64,000 nt of DNA from Acidobacteriaceae bacterium (GCA_030040425.1 JASHTS010000074.1:12198-76197); one strand, 5' to 3'. Shown: positions 1 through 10,039, numbered from the stretch's first letter. Numbers and translations: made by a program. The notes: generated by a model from the sequence alone, not told the origin.

Positions 1-60
1 TCACCCGGCGGCCGGGGCCGCGTGCCGATCGAATGCATCTTGGGGCTATGTTCGAAGTGT

Positions 61-127
61 CCGGGCCTGAAGGCCGGATAGATTCTTTGCTCGCGAATTC
101 AGTGGCCTCAAGGCCACTGCGCCCTCC
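61..127 (+). repeat. Palindromic repeat family C (GGCCTGAAGGCC...GGCCTCAAGGCC...GCCCTCC)
   Basis: Two short GGCC-flanked hairpins; related copies at 19491-19557 and 55424-55483. Confidence 0.6.
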
Positions 128-140
128 TAGCCGTTAAGCC

Positions 141-1253
141 TTACAGCGTGCGCTTGAAGAGCGGCGTGGCGATGAGCAGCGTGCCGATCCCGAAGATGGA
201 GAGAAACAGCAGGTCCTGGTAGATGGAGACCCAGCCTCCGTCTTTGAGAAGGATCTGCTGCAATCCATGAATGGCATACGTAAATGGATCGACGATGGCG
301 ATCGACCGCAGCCACTTGGGAAAAGCGGAGATTGGATAAATGGCGCCGGAGGGAAAGAAGAGCAGCGTGTTGAGGACGCCGAACATAGCGCGGGGAACGA
401 GCGGATCGTCGACGCGCACCATCATCAGAAACATCATGCCGTTGAAAGCGATGGAGGTAACGAGGATGACGGCCAGGAGCTGAAGATCCTGCATGGGGTG
501 AAAGATCGCGCCCATCCCCGCCATGAGCGAGCCGATCACGGTGAGCGAGATTCCGGCCAGCACCGCTTTAGCGGCGCCGGCCACGTTGAGGCCCATCACC
601 AGCTCAAGGCCGGTGATGGGCGTGACCAGATAGCCCTCGTGCACGCCGCGCGCCTTGTCGTCGATGTAGAGCATGCCACCGCCGATCATGACGGAAACGT
701 ACATGGCCAGCGCGATGGAGCCGGAGAGAAGAAACTTCATGTAGGCCACGTAAGGATAAATCTCCACGACGTCGAGGGCGATGTTCTTGTCGATGGGATC
801 GGGAAGGAGAGGCGCATTCAGGGCATCGACGATCGATTGCAGCTCCGATTCGAGGCTCGAGGACATGAACTGGTCGGAGTTGTCCACAACGAGGCCGAGC
901 TGGGGCGCGTCCTGCGCGTAGACGCGGCGCGAGTATTGCGCGGGAATGATCACCGCGGCGTCGAGCTTGCCGGTTTGCACGGCTTCGCGCGCGGTGCGCT
1001 CGTCGGGGTAATCGAAGGTCTTGAAGGTCTTGATGGTGGCATTCACAGCGTCGAAGGCCTCGCGCACCTTCACCGCCTGCGGCCCGTGATCGTAATCGAC
1101 CAGGCCCACGCGCGCATTGGTGATCTTGCCGCCGAAGGCGTTGCCGAGGATGACGAGCTGCACCAGGGGCAGCATCATGGACATGATCATGAGGACGGGC
1201 GAGCGGAAGAACTTGCGCATCTCGCGCTCGACGATGGCCATCATTCTGTTCAT
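141..1253 (-). CDS. ABC-2 type transporter permease
   Basis: MNRMMAIVEREMRKFFR start; multi-TM C-terminus with FFPSGAIYPI...P.WL...DPFTYAI motif; overlaps ATPase stop. Confidence 0.9.
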   Translation of the reverse strand: MNRMMAIVEREMRKFFRSPVLMIMSMMLPLVQLVILGNAFGGKITNARVGLVDYDHGPQAVKVREAFDAVNATIKTFKTFDYPDERTAREAVQTGKLDAAVIIPAQYSRRVYAQDAPQLGLVVDNSDQFMSSSLESELQSIVDALNAPLLPDPIDKNIALDVVEIYPYVAYMKFLLSGSIALAMYVSVMIGGGMLYIDDKARGVHEGYLVTPITGLELVMGLNVAGAAKAVLAGISLTVIGSLMAGMGAIFHPMQDLQLLAVILVTSIAFNGMMFLMMVRVDDPLVPRAMFGVLNTLLFFPSGAIYPISAFPKWLRSIAIVDPFTYAIHGLQQILLKDGGWVSIYQDLLFLSIFGIGTLLIATPLFKRTL

Positions 1254-2287
1254 CGCTGATCTCCCGGCCGCTGCAGCATGGCCCACGAAGCCATCATCGG
1301 CTTCACCTGCTCGTCACGAAGCTGGCGGCCGGTGTAATGCACAAACACATCGTCGAGGGTGGTGTTCTGCACGCTCAACGAAGTGAGAGTTTCGCCCAGG
1401 CTGGCGGCCAGCTCCACAATCTGCATGGTGGTTTTGGATCCGGACCTGGTGATGACGCGATAGAAGCCGGAGCTCTCGGGCTGCACGCTGGTGACGCCTT
1501 CCAGGCCTTCGAGCCGGCCTTTCCACTCGTCCGTTTCGCGGTCGAAGTGGACTTCGACGACATTCGCGCCGGCCACGCTGTTCTTGAGTTCCGTGGGCGT
1601 GCCCAGCGCGACGAGCTTGCCGTGATCCACGATGGCGATGCGGTCGCACAGCTTGTCGGCCTCTTCCATGTAATGCGTGGTCAGCAGCATGGTGAGCTTG
1701 CGCGTGGCCTTGAGGTTGTTCAGCATCTCCCACACGGCGATGCGCGACACGGGATCGAGCCCCGTGGTCGGCTCATCGAGAAAGAAGATGCGCGGGTCGT
1801 GCACCAGCCCGCGCGCGATCTCGAGGCGCCGACGCATGCCGCCGGAGAGCGTCTTCGTGGGCGCCTCGCGCCATTTGATCAGGTCCACGGCTTCGAGCAC
1901 TTCAGTGATGTTCTTCTCCCGCTGCGCGCGCGGCACGCTATAGAGCTTGGCGTAGATGAGGAGGTTCTCTTCGACCGTCAAATCGGGATCGCTGGTGAGC
2001 GCCTGGGGGATGACGCCGATGCGCCTGCGCACGTCGTCGGGATCCACTTCGACATTGTGGCCGGCGACGATCGCCTTGCCGGCGGTGACGGGAATGAGCG
2101 TGGTCATCATGCGGATGAGCGTGCTCTTGCCTGCGCCGTTGGGGCCAAGCAGGCCGAAGATTTCTCCCTCGGCCACGCGGAAGCTCACGTCTTTCACAGC
2201 TTCAAAATCGCCGTAGCGCTTGACGATGTGCTCGACTTCCATGGCCGCGGGCCGCCCGGCCAGGCTGCCGTTGCCGGGCGCGCTCAT
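1250..2287 (-). CDS. ABC transporter ATP-binding protein (DrrA/CcmA-like)
   Basis: Walker A GPNGAGKS, LSGGM signature, FFLDEPT, TTHYMEEA. Confidence 0.95.
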   Translation of the reverse strand: MSAPGNGSLAGRPAAMEVEHIVKRYGDFEAVKDVSFRVAEGEIFGLLGPNGAGKSTLIRMMTTLIPVTAGKAIVAGHNVEVDPDDVRRRIGVIPQALTSDPDLTVEENLLIYAKLYSVPRAQREKNITEVLEAVDLIKWREAPTKTLSGGMRRRLEIARGLVHDPRIFFLDEPTTGLDPVSRIAVWEMLNNLKATRKLTMLLTTHYMEEADKLCDRIAIVDHGKLVALGTPTELKNSVAGANVVEVHFDRETDEWKGRLEGLEGVTSVQPESSGFYRVITRSGSKTTMQIVELAASLGETLTSLSVQNTTLDDVFVHYTGRQLRDEQVKPMMASWAMLQRPGDQR

Positions 2288-3348
2288 TGTTTCACCAGCC
2301 GGTTTTTAGGAATATAGACTTCGGCCGTCATGCCGGGAACATACTCCTCGCCGGGATTGGGAATGAGGAGCTTCAACTGCACCGTCCGGATGTCGCGCTT
2401 TTGCCGGCTCACGTCGCGCTGCGTGGCAAAGTCCGCTTCGGCGGCTTTGGCAATCACTTTTCCCTGCACGGGTGCACCGCTCGGCATGACCACGCGCAGG
2501 CTGTCGCCCAGCTTGACGGCGTCCGCCTGCGTCTCGGGCAGTGGCGCGTAGACCCAGGTCTGCTTGAGGTCCATGATGGTGACGATCGGCGTTCCCGCGG
2601 CCACCACTTCGCCCTGGCGCGCGGCCCACTCGTTGACCACGCCGCTCACGGGCGCGTCCACGCGGGCATAACCGGCTTCAACCTGCGCTTCCTGCGCCAG
2701 CGCGCGCGCGTTGGCTTCGGCGTCGCGCGTTTCATTCACTGTCCGCTTGGAAACCGCGGTCAGCAGTTCGTGCGCCTTTGCCTCTCGAAGCTGGGCCTGG
2801 GCCGCGCTCAGATTGCCTCGCGCGGTGTTGACTGCCGCTTCGGTGGCGTTCAGGCTGGTTTCGGCATCTTCTTTCGCCTGCGCGCTCATGATGCCCTGAT
2901 TCGCCAGGGCTACGGTGCGGGTCGTGTCAGCCTTCTGGTGATCGTAGTTAGCCTGCGCCTGTTGGAGCGTGGCCTGCGCTGCTTTCACCTGCGCTTCGGC
3001 TGCCTGCGTGGCGCTATCGGTTTCGCCGCGATTCTCATCCACGGTTTCTTCGGCCTCGTTGAGCTTCCATTGGTCGCCGGCCGCAGTGGCCTGCGCCGCC
3101 TTGAGGGCGGCATCGAGATCCTTACTTTCGATCACCGCAATCAAATCGCCCGCATTGACCTTCTGTCCTTCGACCACGGTAAGCTTTTCGATACGGCCGG
3201 GAATCTTCGAGCTCACCACGACTTCGTTCGCATCCACCGTACCGATCAGCTGCAGATCGCCGCCGTGCGGAACGGTCAGGAAATACCAGAGGAGCGACCC
3301 CGCCGTGAGCAGTCCCAGAATGAGAAACACCCGATTACGTGCATTCAC
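2284..3348 (-). CDS. HlyD-family efflux periplasmic adaptor
   Basis: N-terminal TM, lipoyl-like SSKIPGRI..VVEGQKV, Ala/Gln coiled coil, APVSGVV, PGMTAEV. Confidence 0.9.
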   Translation of the reverse strand: MNARNRVFLILGLLTAGSLLWYFLTVPHGGDLQLIGTVDANEVVVSSKIPGRIEKLTVVEGQKVNAGDLIAVIESKDLDAALKAAQATAAGDQWKLNEAEETVDENRGETDSATQAAEAQVKAAQATLQQAQANYDHQKADTTRTVALANQGIMSAQAKEDAETSLNATEAAVNTARGNLSAAQAQLREAKAHELLTAVSKRTVNETRDAEANARALAQEAQVEAGYARVDAPVSGVVNEWAARQGEVVAAGTPIVTIMDLKQTWVYAPLPETQADAVKLGDSLRVVMPSGAPVQGKVIAKAAEADFATQRDVSRQKRDIRTVQLKLLIPNPGEEYVPGMTAEVYIPKNRLVKQ

Positions 3349-3355
3349 TCGGCTT

Positions 3356-4096
3356 TCACCTCAATCCGTTTGATTTTTGCCGCTTGATTTCGGAGCTCTC
3401 CGGCATGGGCGTGGCCGCGAGCACGCGTGCAGCTACGTGCGCCCCATGGCGGCGGTCGCAGAAGATCGTCTGCCCGAGGTATTCAACCGCTGCTCTGCGC
3501 CGCGCCCGCAGCGCCCTGGGCGCGAATACGTCGCTTCCGCGGAGCATTCCCATGACCGGGCCGGAAAGAAAATAAAAAACATTGGCGCCCAGCGCGGCGT
3601 ACATCATCTGCCACTCGTCCACGCGGATCAGCTCTCCGGTACGCATGCCCTCGGCCAGGAGTTCCTTCACGCGCCCCAGCATGGGCCGGAAGACCCTCTC
3701 CACCAGCGGCGTGAGCGCATTTTCTTCGCCGCGCTGCAGACGCATGAGCTCCTGCTGCATCAGGCTCTGAAAGGCGCGCTGCGAGTGGATGCGGTCAAAA
3801 TGATTGAGCGCAAAATGCACCAGCCGCTCGCCCGCCGAGCGCTTGCTGCCCAGAACGGCGAGGCCGCTGGAGACAACGCGCTCCGCCACCTTTTCGAGGG
3901 CCGCCGCATACAACGCGTCTTTGCCTTGAAAGTAGTAGTAGAGCAGCGCCTTGTTGACCTGGGCGGCTTCGGCAATCTGCTCCGTGCGCGCGCCGGCCAA
4001 CCCGTTTTCGCTGAATTCGCCGATGGCGGCGTCGAGAATCCGGGTCCGGGTCACGTCCGCCCGCTCGGTTTGCGTCTTGTTCGAAAGCGCCTGCAT
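3356..4096 (-). CDS. TetR/AcrR family regulator
   Basis: RILDAAIGEFSENGLAGARTEQIAEAAQVNKALLYYYF HTH; heads the efflux operon; ATG at 4096. Confidence 0.9.
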   Translation of the reverse strand: MQALSNKTQTERADVTRTRILDAAIGEFSENGLAGARTEQIAEAAQVNKALLYYYFQGKDALYAAALEKVAERVVSSGLAVLGSKRSAGERLVHFALNHFDRIHSQRAFQSLMQQELMRLQRGEENALTPLVERVFRPMLGRVKELLAEGMRTGELIRVDEWQMMYAALGANVFYFLSGPVMGMLRGSDVFAPRALRARRRAAVEYLGQTIFCDRRHGAHVAARVLAATPMPESSEIKRQKSNGLR

Positions 4097-4101
4097 GAGG
4101 G

Positions 4102-4129
4102 TTTTAACTAACTGGTTAGTAAAATAGCA
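4102..4129 (-). promoter_or_regulatory. Putative TetR operator overlapping an extended -10 promoter
   Basis: Inverted repeat ACTAAC-TG-GTTAGT (4107-4120) with T/A flanks; minus strand reads TGcTATTTT just upstream. Confidence 0.6.
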
Positions 4130-4175
4130 CAGAAGAGAACTCGCACGCAAGGCGGTGCAGGCGCGAAACGCCCGC

Positions 4176-4916
4176 TTACCAGGGCAGGGGCTTGCCCAGG
4201 TGGAAGAAACCGCCTGTCGGCCCGCTGTCGGGAAGCGTCGCGAGCGCGGCGCTGGTCTTTGCTCCTTCTTCGAGGCCCATGGGCGCCTGCGGCCCGCCCA
4301 TATCGGTCTTCACCCATCCCGGATGGGCGGAGTTGACTTTGATTCCGGTGTCGCGCAATTCGTAGGCAAGGTGCACGGTGAAGGCATTGAGCGCCGTCTT
4401 CGAAGCGTCGTACGCAAAGGACTTGGCGTCGTAGATGGGCGAGCCGGGCGTGGCCTGCAGGGTGAGCGAGCCAAGAATGCTGGAGAGATTCACAATGCGC
4501 GCCGCCGGGCTCTTGCGCAGCAGCGGCAGAAGCGTCCTGGTCAGCGCGACCTGGGCAAAGAAGTTTGTCTCGAAGACCTTGTGCAGCAGCTCGGGGGGAA
4601 CGTTGGCAGTGGAATGCTCGGGGCCGTTGCCGGGGAACGGTCCGGCGGCGATGCCGGCATTGTTCACGAGAATATCCAGGTGACCATAATGCGAGCTGAA
4701 ATAGTCGAACGCGGCCTGGTGGCTTTGTGGCTGGGTTATATCGAACTGGAGCACGTCCGCATCGACGCCGGCGGCGCGCAGTTTTTCGAGCGCACTTTCG
4801 CCCTGTTCCCGATCTCTGGAACCGATAACAACTTTGGCCACATCCTTCAGTTCGAGCGCGGTCTGGAAGCCGATGCCGCGATTGCCGCCGGTGATGAATG
4901 CAATTTTCTTCGCCAT
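4176..4916 (-). CDS. SDR oxidoreductase (carbonyl reductase-like)
   Basis: TGGNRGIG, NNAG, YDASK, HPGWVKTDMGG. Confidence 0.92.
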   Translation of the reverse strand: MAKKIAFITGGNRGIGFQTALELKDVAKVVIGSRDREQGESALEKLRAAGVDADVLQFDITQPQSHQAAFDYFSSHYGHLDILVNNAGIAAGPFPGNGPEHSTANVPPELLHKVFETNFFAQVALTRTLLPLLRKSPAARIVNLSSILGSLTLQATPGSPIYDAKSFAYDASKTALNAFTVHLAYELRDTGIKVNSAHPGWVKTDMGGPQAPMGLEEGAKTSAALATLPDSGPTGGFFHLGKPLPW

Positions 4917-5002
4917 AAGGGAAATTTTCTCCTGCGATGGATTGGATTCGCGCACATTGCCAAACGGTGCAGGGAAATATGATCAGCCGAAAAAAGAACA
5001 AC

Positions 5003-5059
5003 CGCAAATCCTTCGACTCCGATCGTCCGCGGGCACGGCCGATCTCGCTCAGGATGACA
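5003..5059 (+). repeat. Palindromic repeat family A (GCAxxTCCTTCGACTCC...CGCTCAGGATGACA)
   Basis: Conserved ends with variable central hairpin; copies at 26812, 34955, 63659. Confidence 0.85.
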
Positions 5060-5088
5060 ACCTGCCGCGGCGTCTTCACGGCGACTGT

Positions 5089-5943
5089 TCAAAAAAGCGG
5101 CGTGTACGCGGGCAGTACGCCGTACTGGGCGGCCATGCGAAAGAAGGCGCGCATGCCTTCCATGCACTCATCATCGAGAAGGTAGTGAATGTTTTCGGCG
5201 AGGTAACTGCGGATGGAGCTCTGCGGCAAGGGAAACCTTGGCGCCCACTCCGCGGCGAGCGCATTGATGTTCGCCAAACCGTGGTCGCGCGAGCGGATCA
5301 GATCTTCGACGACGCTCTCGTCCCAAGAGCCGACCGTCGCAGCAGCGGCCCAGACGGCGGAGACGAAGGGAAGGCGATTGAGGGTGTGCCACTCCTCGGC
5401 GAGATCGTGATAAGCGAGTTCTTCTCCGGTACGGGCAAACCGGTTTGCCTGATCCTCGAGCGCAAGCAAAGCCGGATCGCCGATGAGGATGGCGGCATCG
5501 GCGAGCTCGAGCATCCGTTCCAGATCGGCAGTATGCGGGATGAACGAAACCGCGGGATTGCCCCATTGGTGAAAGAGAATGCGCGCGTAGGCAAGGGTGG
5601 TGCGGCTGGCAATATCGGCAGCGACGGTGCGAAGCCCATTGAGAGGCAGGCGGGCGCGGCGCACCAGGATCAGCGAACGGACGCGGCCTTTCGAGGCGAT
5701 GGTGCACCCAGGGAGGATGCGCAGGCCGGGCGTGGCAGCGAGCGCTGCAATGGGCACCAGACCGATGTCTGCTGTGCCCGATTCGAGCCGGACCGCGCAC
5801 TCGGCGGGCGACATGCGGTCGATGGAGTAGCGTTGCGCGAGGACTTCGTCGAGCGGCGGATGTTCGAAGTCCCACATGAGCGGGGCGGGATTGAGAAAAC
5901 CAATGGCGGCTACGCGCAGGTGTGCGTCGTGCGGAACGGTCAC
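5089..5943 (-). CDS. mqnA: Chorismate dehydratase MqnA/MqnD family (futalosine menaquinone pathway)
   Basis: AIGFLNPAPL, SRTT, AAILIGDPAL, DLAEEW...LPFVSAVWA; GTG start at 5943. Confidence 0.85.
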   Translation of the reverse strand: MTVPHDAHLRVAAIGFLNPAPLMWDFEHPPLDEVLAQRYSIDRMSPAECAVRLESGTADIGLVPIAALAATPGLRILPGCTIASKGRVRSLILVRRARLPLNGLRTVAADIASRTTLAYARILFHQWGNPAVSFIPHTADLERMLELADAAILIGDPALLALEDQANRFARTGEELAYHDLAEEWHTLNRLPFVSAVWAAAATVGSWDESVVEDLIRSRDHGLANINALAAEWAPRFPLPQSSIRSYLAENIHYLLDDECMEGMRAFFRMAAQYGVLPAYTPLF

Positions 5944-5989
5944 GCAGTTTAGAGTAACAAGCCCGAAGGAAGGATTCGCTGTGGACGGA

Positions 5990-8900
5990 TCACTGCACCG
6001 TAAGAGCGATGTTGGTCGTCGCGGTGACGGCGCCGGAAGTTCCGGTGACGGTGATGGAGTAAGTGCCGGGGGTGGTGGCGTTGCTTTCCGCGCCGGTCGA
6101 GGTTCCGGATGGCGCAAGGCTGCCGCCACAGGCGATCATTCCGCCGGCGAGCACAAAGAACAGCGCCACCATCCCAAAGAAGGCGCGCCACTGACGCCGG
6201 CGCGGAAGGCCGACGAGGAAGAGGCAGGCCAGTACGGCCCCGCCCGACGCAAGAAATCCGGGCCCGCCGCGCGGCGCGCTGGCCACGCTCGAGGAGTCGG
6301 CGGAGGTGGAGATGGCGAGGACCGCGGTTGCCGCACTCGAAGCGATGGGGACGGGCGTGGTGGCGCCGAAGCTCAGCACGGGAAGATTTCGGGCGCCGGC
6401 GGGTGCGGCGACGATTTGAGCCGTCAAGTTCACCGATCCCGTAAAACCGCCGGTGGGCGTGACGGTGATTGTCGAGGTATTGCCGGTGATGGCACCGGGC
6501 GCGAGGGTCACCGAGGTGGCCGCGAGCGCAAAGGCCGCGGGCGTGACGGTGGTGATCGATTCATCCAGCGCGCCGGATGCGCTGGATGCAAATCCGGCAG
6601 CTCCCTGATAAGCGGCCGAGACGCTGAGATTGCCGGCCTGAGAAGGAGCCGTGGCGGCGAGCGTTGCCACGCCCGCTGCATCGAGCGCCGCGGTTTCGGT
6701 TTGGCTGCCGATGGTAAAGGTGACTTGCCCTCTGGGCGCACTCGCTCCGCCGGCCGGCGTGACGGTGGCGGTGAGCGTGAAGGACGATCCGGCTGCGAGC
6801 GCGCCTCCGCCTGGGGAGATGCTGAGCGCCGTCGCCGTGGGCATGATGCCGGCAGCCGCAATGTTCAAGGGGATTGTCGTGGTCACGGTGCGCCCGCTCG
6901 CGGTACCCGAGAGCGTCAGAGGATAACTTCCCGGCGCTGCGGAGTAATTCGCGGCCAGGGTGAGCACGCTGCTGCCCGTGGTTGCATTGGGCGCAAATGA
7001 CGCCGTCAAGCCGCCGGGCAGCGCAGACGCTATGGCGAGATTGACGATGCCGCTGAATCCAGACTGCGGAATGACGGCTACCTGGTCCGTCGTTCCCGCG
7101 CCCTGCGTCACAGTGACTGCGCCGGGCGATGCGGAGAGCGTGAATCCGGGAGGCGGATTCACCGTAAGGAAGATGGTAGCCACCGTTGATTGCGAACCCG
7201 ACGTCCCCGAGATCCAGAGCGTATAAAATCCTGCCACGGCGGTGTTCGTGGCCGAGAGCGTCAACTGGCTGCTTCCTTTAGTCGAGCTGGGAGCAAAAGA
7301 CGCCTGCACGCCGCCGGGCAATGTCGACGTGACGGCCAGATTCACGCTCCCCTTGAACCCATTCTGCGGAGTGATGGCAATGCCGTCGGAGGCCGTTCCG
7401 CCCTGCGCGATAGAAAGCGAGGATTGTCCGACACCGATGGTGAACGAGGGAGCCGGCGCCGCTGTGACCGCCACGTTGAACTGATTAAGGGTTTCAGAAT
7501 ACGAGCCGCGAGCCTCAATGTCGGCGGCCGCTGACCCTATGGGCGCGGAACTGCCGGCGGTAAGCGTAAGCGTGCTGGTTTGGCCGATTTGAACGATCGC
7601 CGGATTGAAGACGGCCGTGACTCCGGGCGGCAGCGCGGGCGCGGAGAGCTGGATCACGTCGCTAAAATGATCGACGGGGACCAGGGACACCGTGGTGGTG
7701 ACCGTGCTTCCCTGGGAGATGGTCATCGGATACGGAGCAATGTCGAGATAAAAGAGCGGAGGGCTCACGACCAGCGCGAGCGTGGCCGTGGCGGTCAGAT
7801 TGCCGGCTGTGCCCGTGACTGTGACTTCCGCATCGCTGTTTTCGGGCGCCGAACTGCTCGCCGTGAGGGTAAGCGTGCCTGCTCCCGTGGTCGGGTTATT
7901 CACCCAGGAAGCCGTCACGCCGCTGGGCAATCCCGAGGTGACGGCCAGGTTCACACTGCCGTTGAAGCCCGCAAGTCCGGTCATCTGGATGGAAACGGTT
8001 CCGGAGGTGCCGGGATAGATCTTCAGATTCGCGGGCGAGGGCTCAAGCGTGAATCCGGGCGCATTCACGGTGAGTGCAAGGCTGGCCGACACGGTCTGCG
8101 CGCCCGAGGTTCCGGTCACGGCGAGGAGATAGGAGCCGCGCGTGGCCGAACTCCCGACGGAGAGGGTAAGCACGCTCTTGCTGGAAACCGGATTGGCGCT
8201 CCAGGTGGCGGTCACCCCGCTGGGCAGCCCGGAGACGGCCAGTGTGACGTTGCCCGAAAATCCAGCGTTCTCTGTGACGGTGATGGCGGCCTGGCCGGAA
8301 CTGCCGGGATCGATTGTTAACGCGCTCATGGAGGAGGCGAGCGCGAAGCTCGGCGGCGCCTGCGGTGCGAGGGCGTCAATCAGGCTTTGGCCGTCCGGGC
8401 TTCCCCACCCGGTGACCAGATCGTAGCCGGGAACGGCGTTGTAGTAGGGCCAGCCGCAGCAGTTGTTGCGCGCGTCGTTGTTGCCGATGACAATATCGTG
8501 AAGATCTTCGCTATAGCTTGAATCCGACCCGAGACCGATTGCGTAGATGGCCGGGTTGAGGAAGCCGACGGCGGGATCGCCATTTCGCACGGCCTGCTGG
8601 TTGACCAGCGCCATGAAGCCAGCCCAGCGCGGCGCGGCGAAGCTGGTGCCTCCGTAGTCGCCCGCGCAAACGCCCATATCGCAGGCATAATTATCCGTGT
8701 TTGCCTCGGCGGCCACATCGGGAACGTTGCGCAGCGAGTTCGAGCCGCCGTTGCTGGAATTGGCCACACCCGCCTGCCAGGAGGGAAGCGGGATTCCGTC
8801 CGGACTCACGCCTCCGCCGCTCCAGGTCCACGCCGTCTCCGCCTGCCACGCCTGCCCCGCTCCTCCGGTGGTCAAGTCCGTTCCGCCCACCGCGGTTACA

Positions 8901-10039
8901 TAGGCGTCCTCGGCGGGATAAAAGCTGTCGAAGTACGGATCGAACTCGCCCCAATCGCCTGACGCAGCAAAGACGCTCTGGCCCTGCGCGGCAAGCTCTT
9001 CAAAGAACTCATCGTCGGTCGCGGGATCTTCGGGGCTCCATGACCACGAGATGCTGATCTGCTGGGCAATGTCTTCACAGGCCGCGGCGTTCAACAGGTC
9101 CACGTCGTTCGAGCCGATATAAACGCGCACCTGGCTCAGCCCCGGCGCCATGCCGATGGCCTGGGCGATATCGATCACCTCTTCGCTGTCGTCGCCGGAG
9201 ACCGATGCGCCGGTTTGCCCGTCGAGAAGCACGTTGTTGATGGGAACGCTGGCCGACTGGCCTGCGCTCGAAAAAGTCTGACTCACGTCGCTCAGGTTGT
9301 AGCCGTCAAACTCCACCAACCCGACTGTTTGCCCCGTGCCGGTAAGAGCGCTTCCTCCGTAATAAGCAGCGCGCATGTCGCTGGCGAGGTACGAGCCGTC
9401 CGGCCCCGATCCCGCACCGGCGCTCGCCGCGTCCGCTGCTGCCTGCGCGGCGTTGGCGCGCGTAACCATCGGCTGCGGAAGGGAGAAATTGTCCAGTCCG
9501 GCAATGTGCGCGAGGGGCACGGCCAGGTCGAGGCTTGGCTCACGGTCGGGCGAATAGAAAAGACGGTTCTCGGTGGGATGGTGATAGAGGCCCATCCTCA
9601 AGTTGAAGGCCTTTTCCACCTGGGCCACGGTGCCGCTGATGGGCACCACCAGCCGGTTGGCCGGTGATGCCGTCACCGCAAAGCCGTTCGCGCGCGCGAA
9701 ACTCACAACGGCGTCGTAATCCGCTGCCGAGGGTCCGAACTGCTGCGTAAACTGCGCCTGGTTAAGGAAGTGCCGGTAGTCGGGGCTGGAAGGATCGTAG
9801 AGGCGGCTGAGCAAACCGGTGAGCCCGGCCTGGTTCCGCAAGGGCAGCACAAGGGAAAGATACAGGCGCGTCTGGGGCGCCATCAGGCCGGCCGGTGCGG
9901 CTTGGCCGTTGAGGACGGCCGGGCGGACGTGGCCGCGCAGCACTTGCAGCGATGGTTGCGCAAGAGCGAGAGAGCCAAGGAATAAATAGGCCGCGGCGAA
10001 CGGGCGGCACCACGCGCAGTTTTTCACGTCTAAGCCCAA
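5990..10039 (-). CDS. Secreted S53 (sedolisin/kumamolisin-like) serine protease with prodomain, Ig-like repeats and C-terminal membrane segment
   Basis: Pro-kumamolisin motif LYDPSSPDYRHFL...FGPS; EEVID, ASGD, VPDVA, GGTSFAAP; GYDLVTGWGSP; repeated Thr/Ser-rich beta domains. Confidence 0.92.
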   Translation of the reverse strand: MGLDVKNCAWCRPFAAAYLFLGSLALAQPSLQVLRGHVRPAVLNGQAAPAGLMAPQTRLYLSLVLPLRNQAGLTGLLSRLYDPSSPDYRHFLNQAQFTQQFGPSAADYDAVVSFARANGFAVTASPANRLVVPISGTVAQVEKAFNLRMGLYHHPTENRLFYSPDREPSLDLAVPLAHIAGLDNFSLPQPMVTRANAAQAAADAASAGAGSGPDGSYLASDMRAAYYGGSALTGTGQTVGLVEFDGYNLSDVSQTFSSAGQSASVPINNVLLDGQTGASVSGDDSEEVIDIAQAIGMAPGLSQVRVYIGSNDVDLLNAAACEDIAQQISISWSWSPEDPATDDEFFEELAAQGQSVFAASGDWGEFDPYFDSFYPAEDAYVTAVGGTDLTTGGAGQAWQAETAWTWSGGGVSPDGIPLPSWQAGVANSSNGGSNSLRNVPDVAAEANTDNYACDMGVCAGDYGGTSFAAPRWAGFMALVNQQAVRNGDPAVGFLNPAIYAIGLGSDSSYSEDLHDIVIGNNDARNNCCGWPYYNAVPGYDLVTGWGSPDGQSLIDALAPQAPPSFALASSMSALTIDPGSSGQAAITVTENAGFSGNVTLAVSGLPSGVTATWSANPVSSKSVLTLSVGSSATRGSYLLAVTGTSGAQTVSASLALTVNAPGFTLEPSPANLKIYPGTSGTVSIQMTGLAGFNGSVNLAVTSGLPSGVTASWVNNPTTGAGTLTLTASSSAPENSDAEVTVTGTAGNLTATATLALVVSPPLFYLDIAPYPMTISQGSTVTTTVSLVPVDHFSDVIQLSAPALPPGVTAVFNPAIVQIGQTSTLTLTAGSSAPIGSAAADIEARGSYSETLNQFNVAVTAAPAPSFTIGVGQSSLSIAQGGTASDGIAITPQNGFKGSVNLAVTSTLPGGVQASFAPSSTKGSSQLTLSATNTAVAGFYTLWISGTSGSQSTVATIFLTVNPPPGFTLSASPGAVTVTQGAGTTDQVAVIPQSGFSGIVNLAIASALPGGLTASFAPNATTGSSVLTLAANYSAAPGSYPLTLSGTASGRTVTTTIPLNIAAAGIMPTATALSISPGGGALAAGSSFTLTATVTPAGGASAPRGQVTFTIGSQTETAALDAAGVATLAATAPSQAGNLSVSAAYQGAAGFASSASGALDESITTVTPAAFALAATSVTLAPGAITGNTSTITVTPTGGFTGSVNLTAQIVAAPAGARNLPVLSFGATTPVPIASSAATAVLAISTSADSSSVASAPRGGPGFLASGGAVLACLFLVGLPRRRQWRAFFGMVALFFVLAGGMIACGGSLAPSGTSTGAESNATTPGTYSITVTGTSGAVTATTNIALTVQ

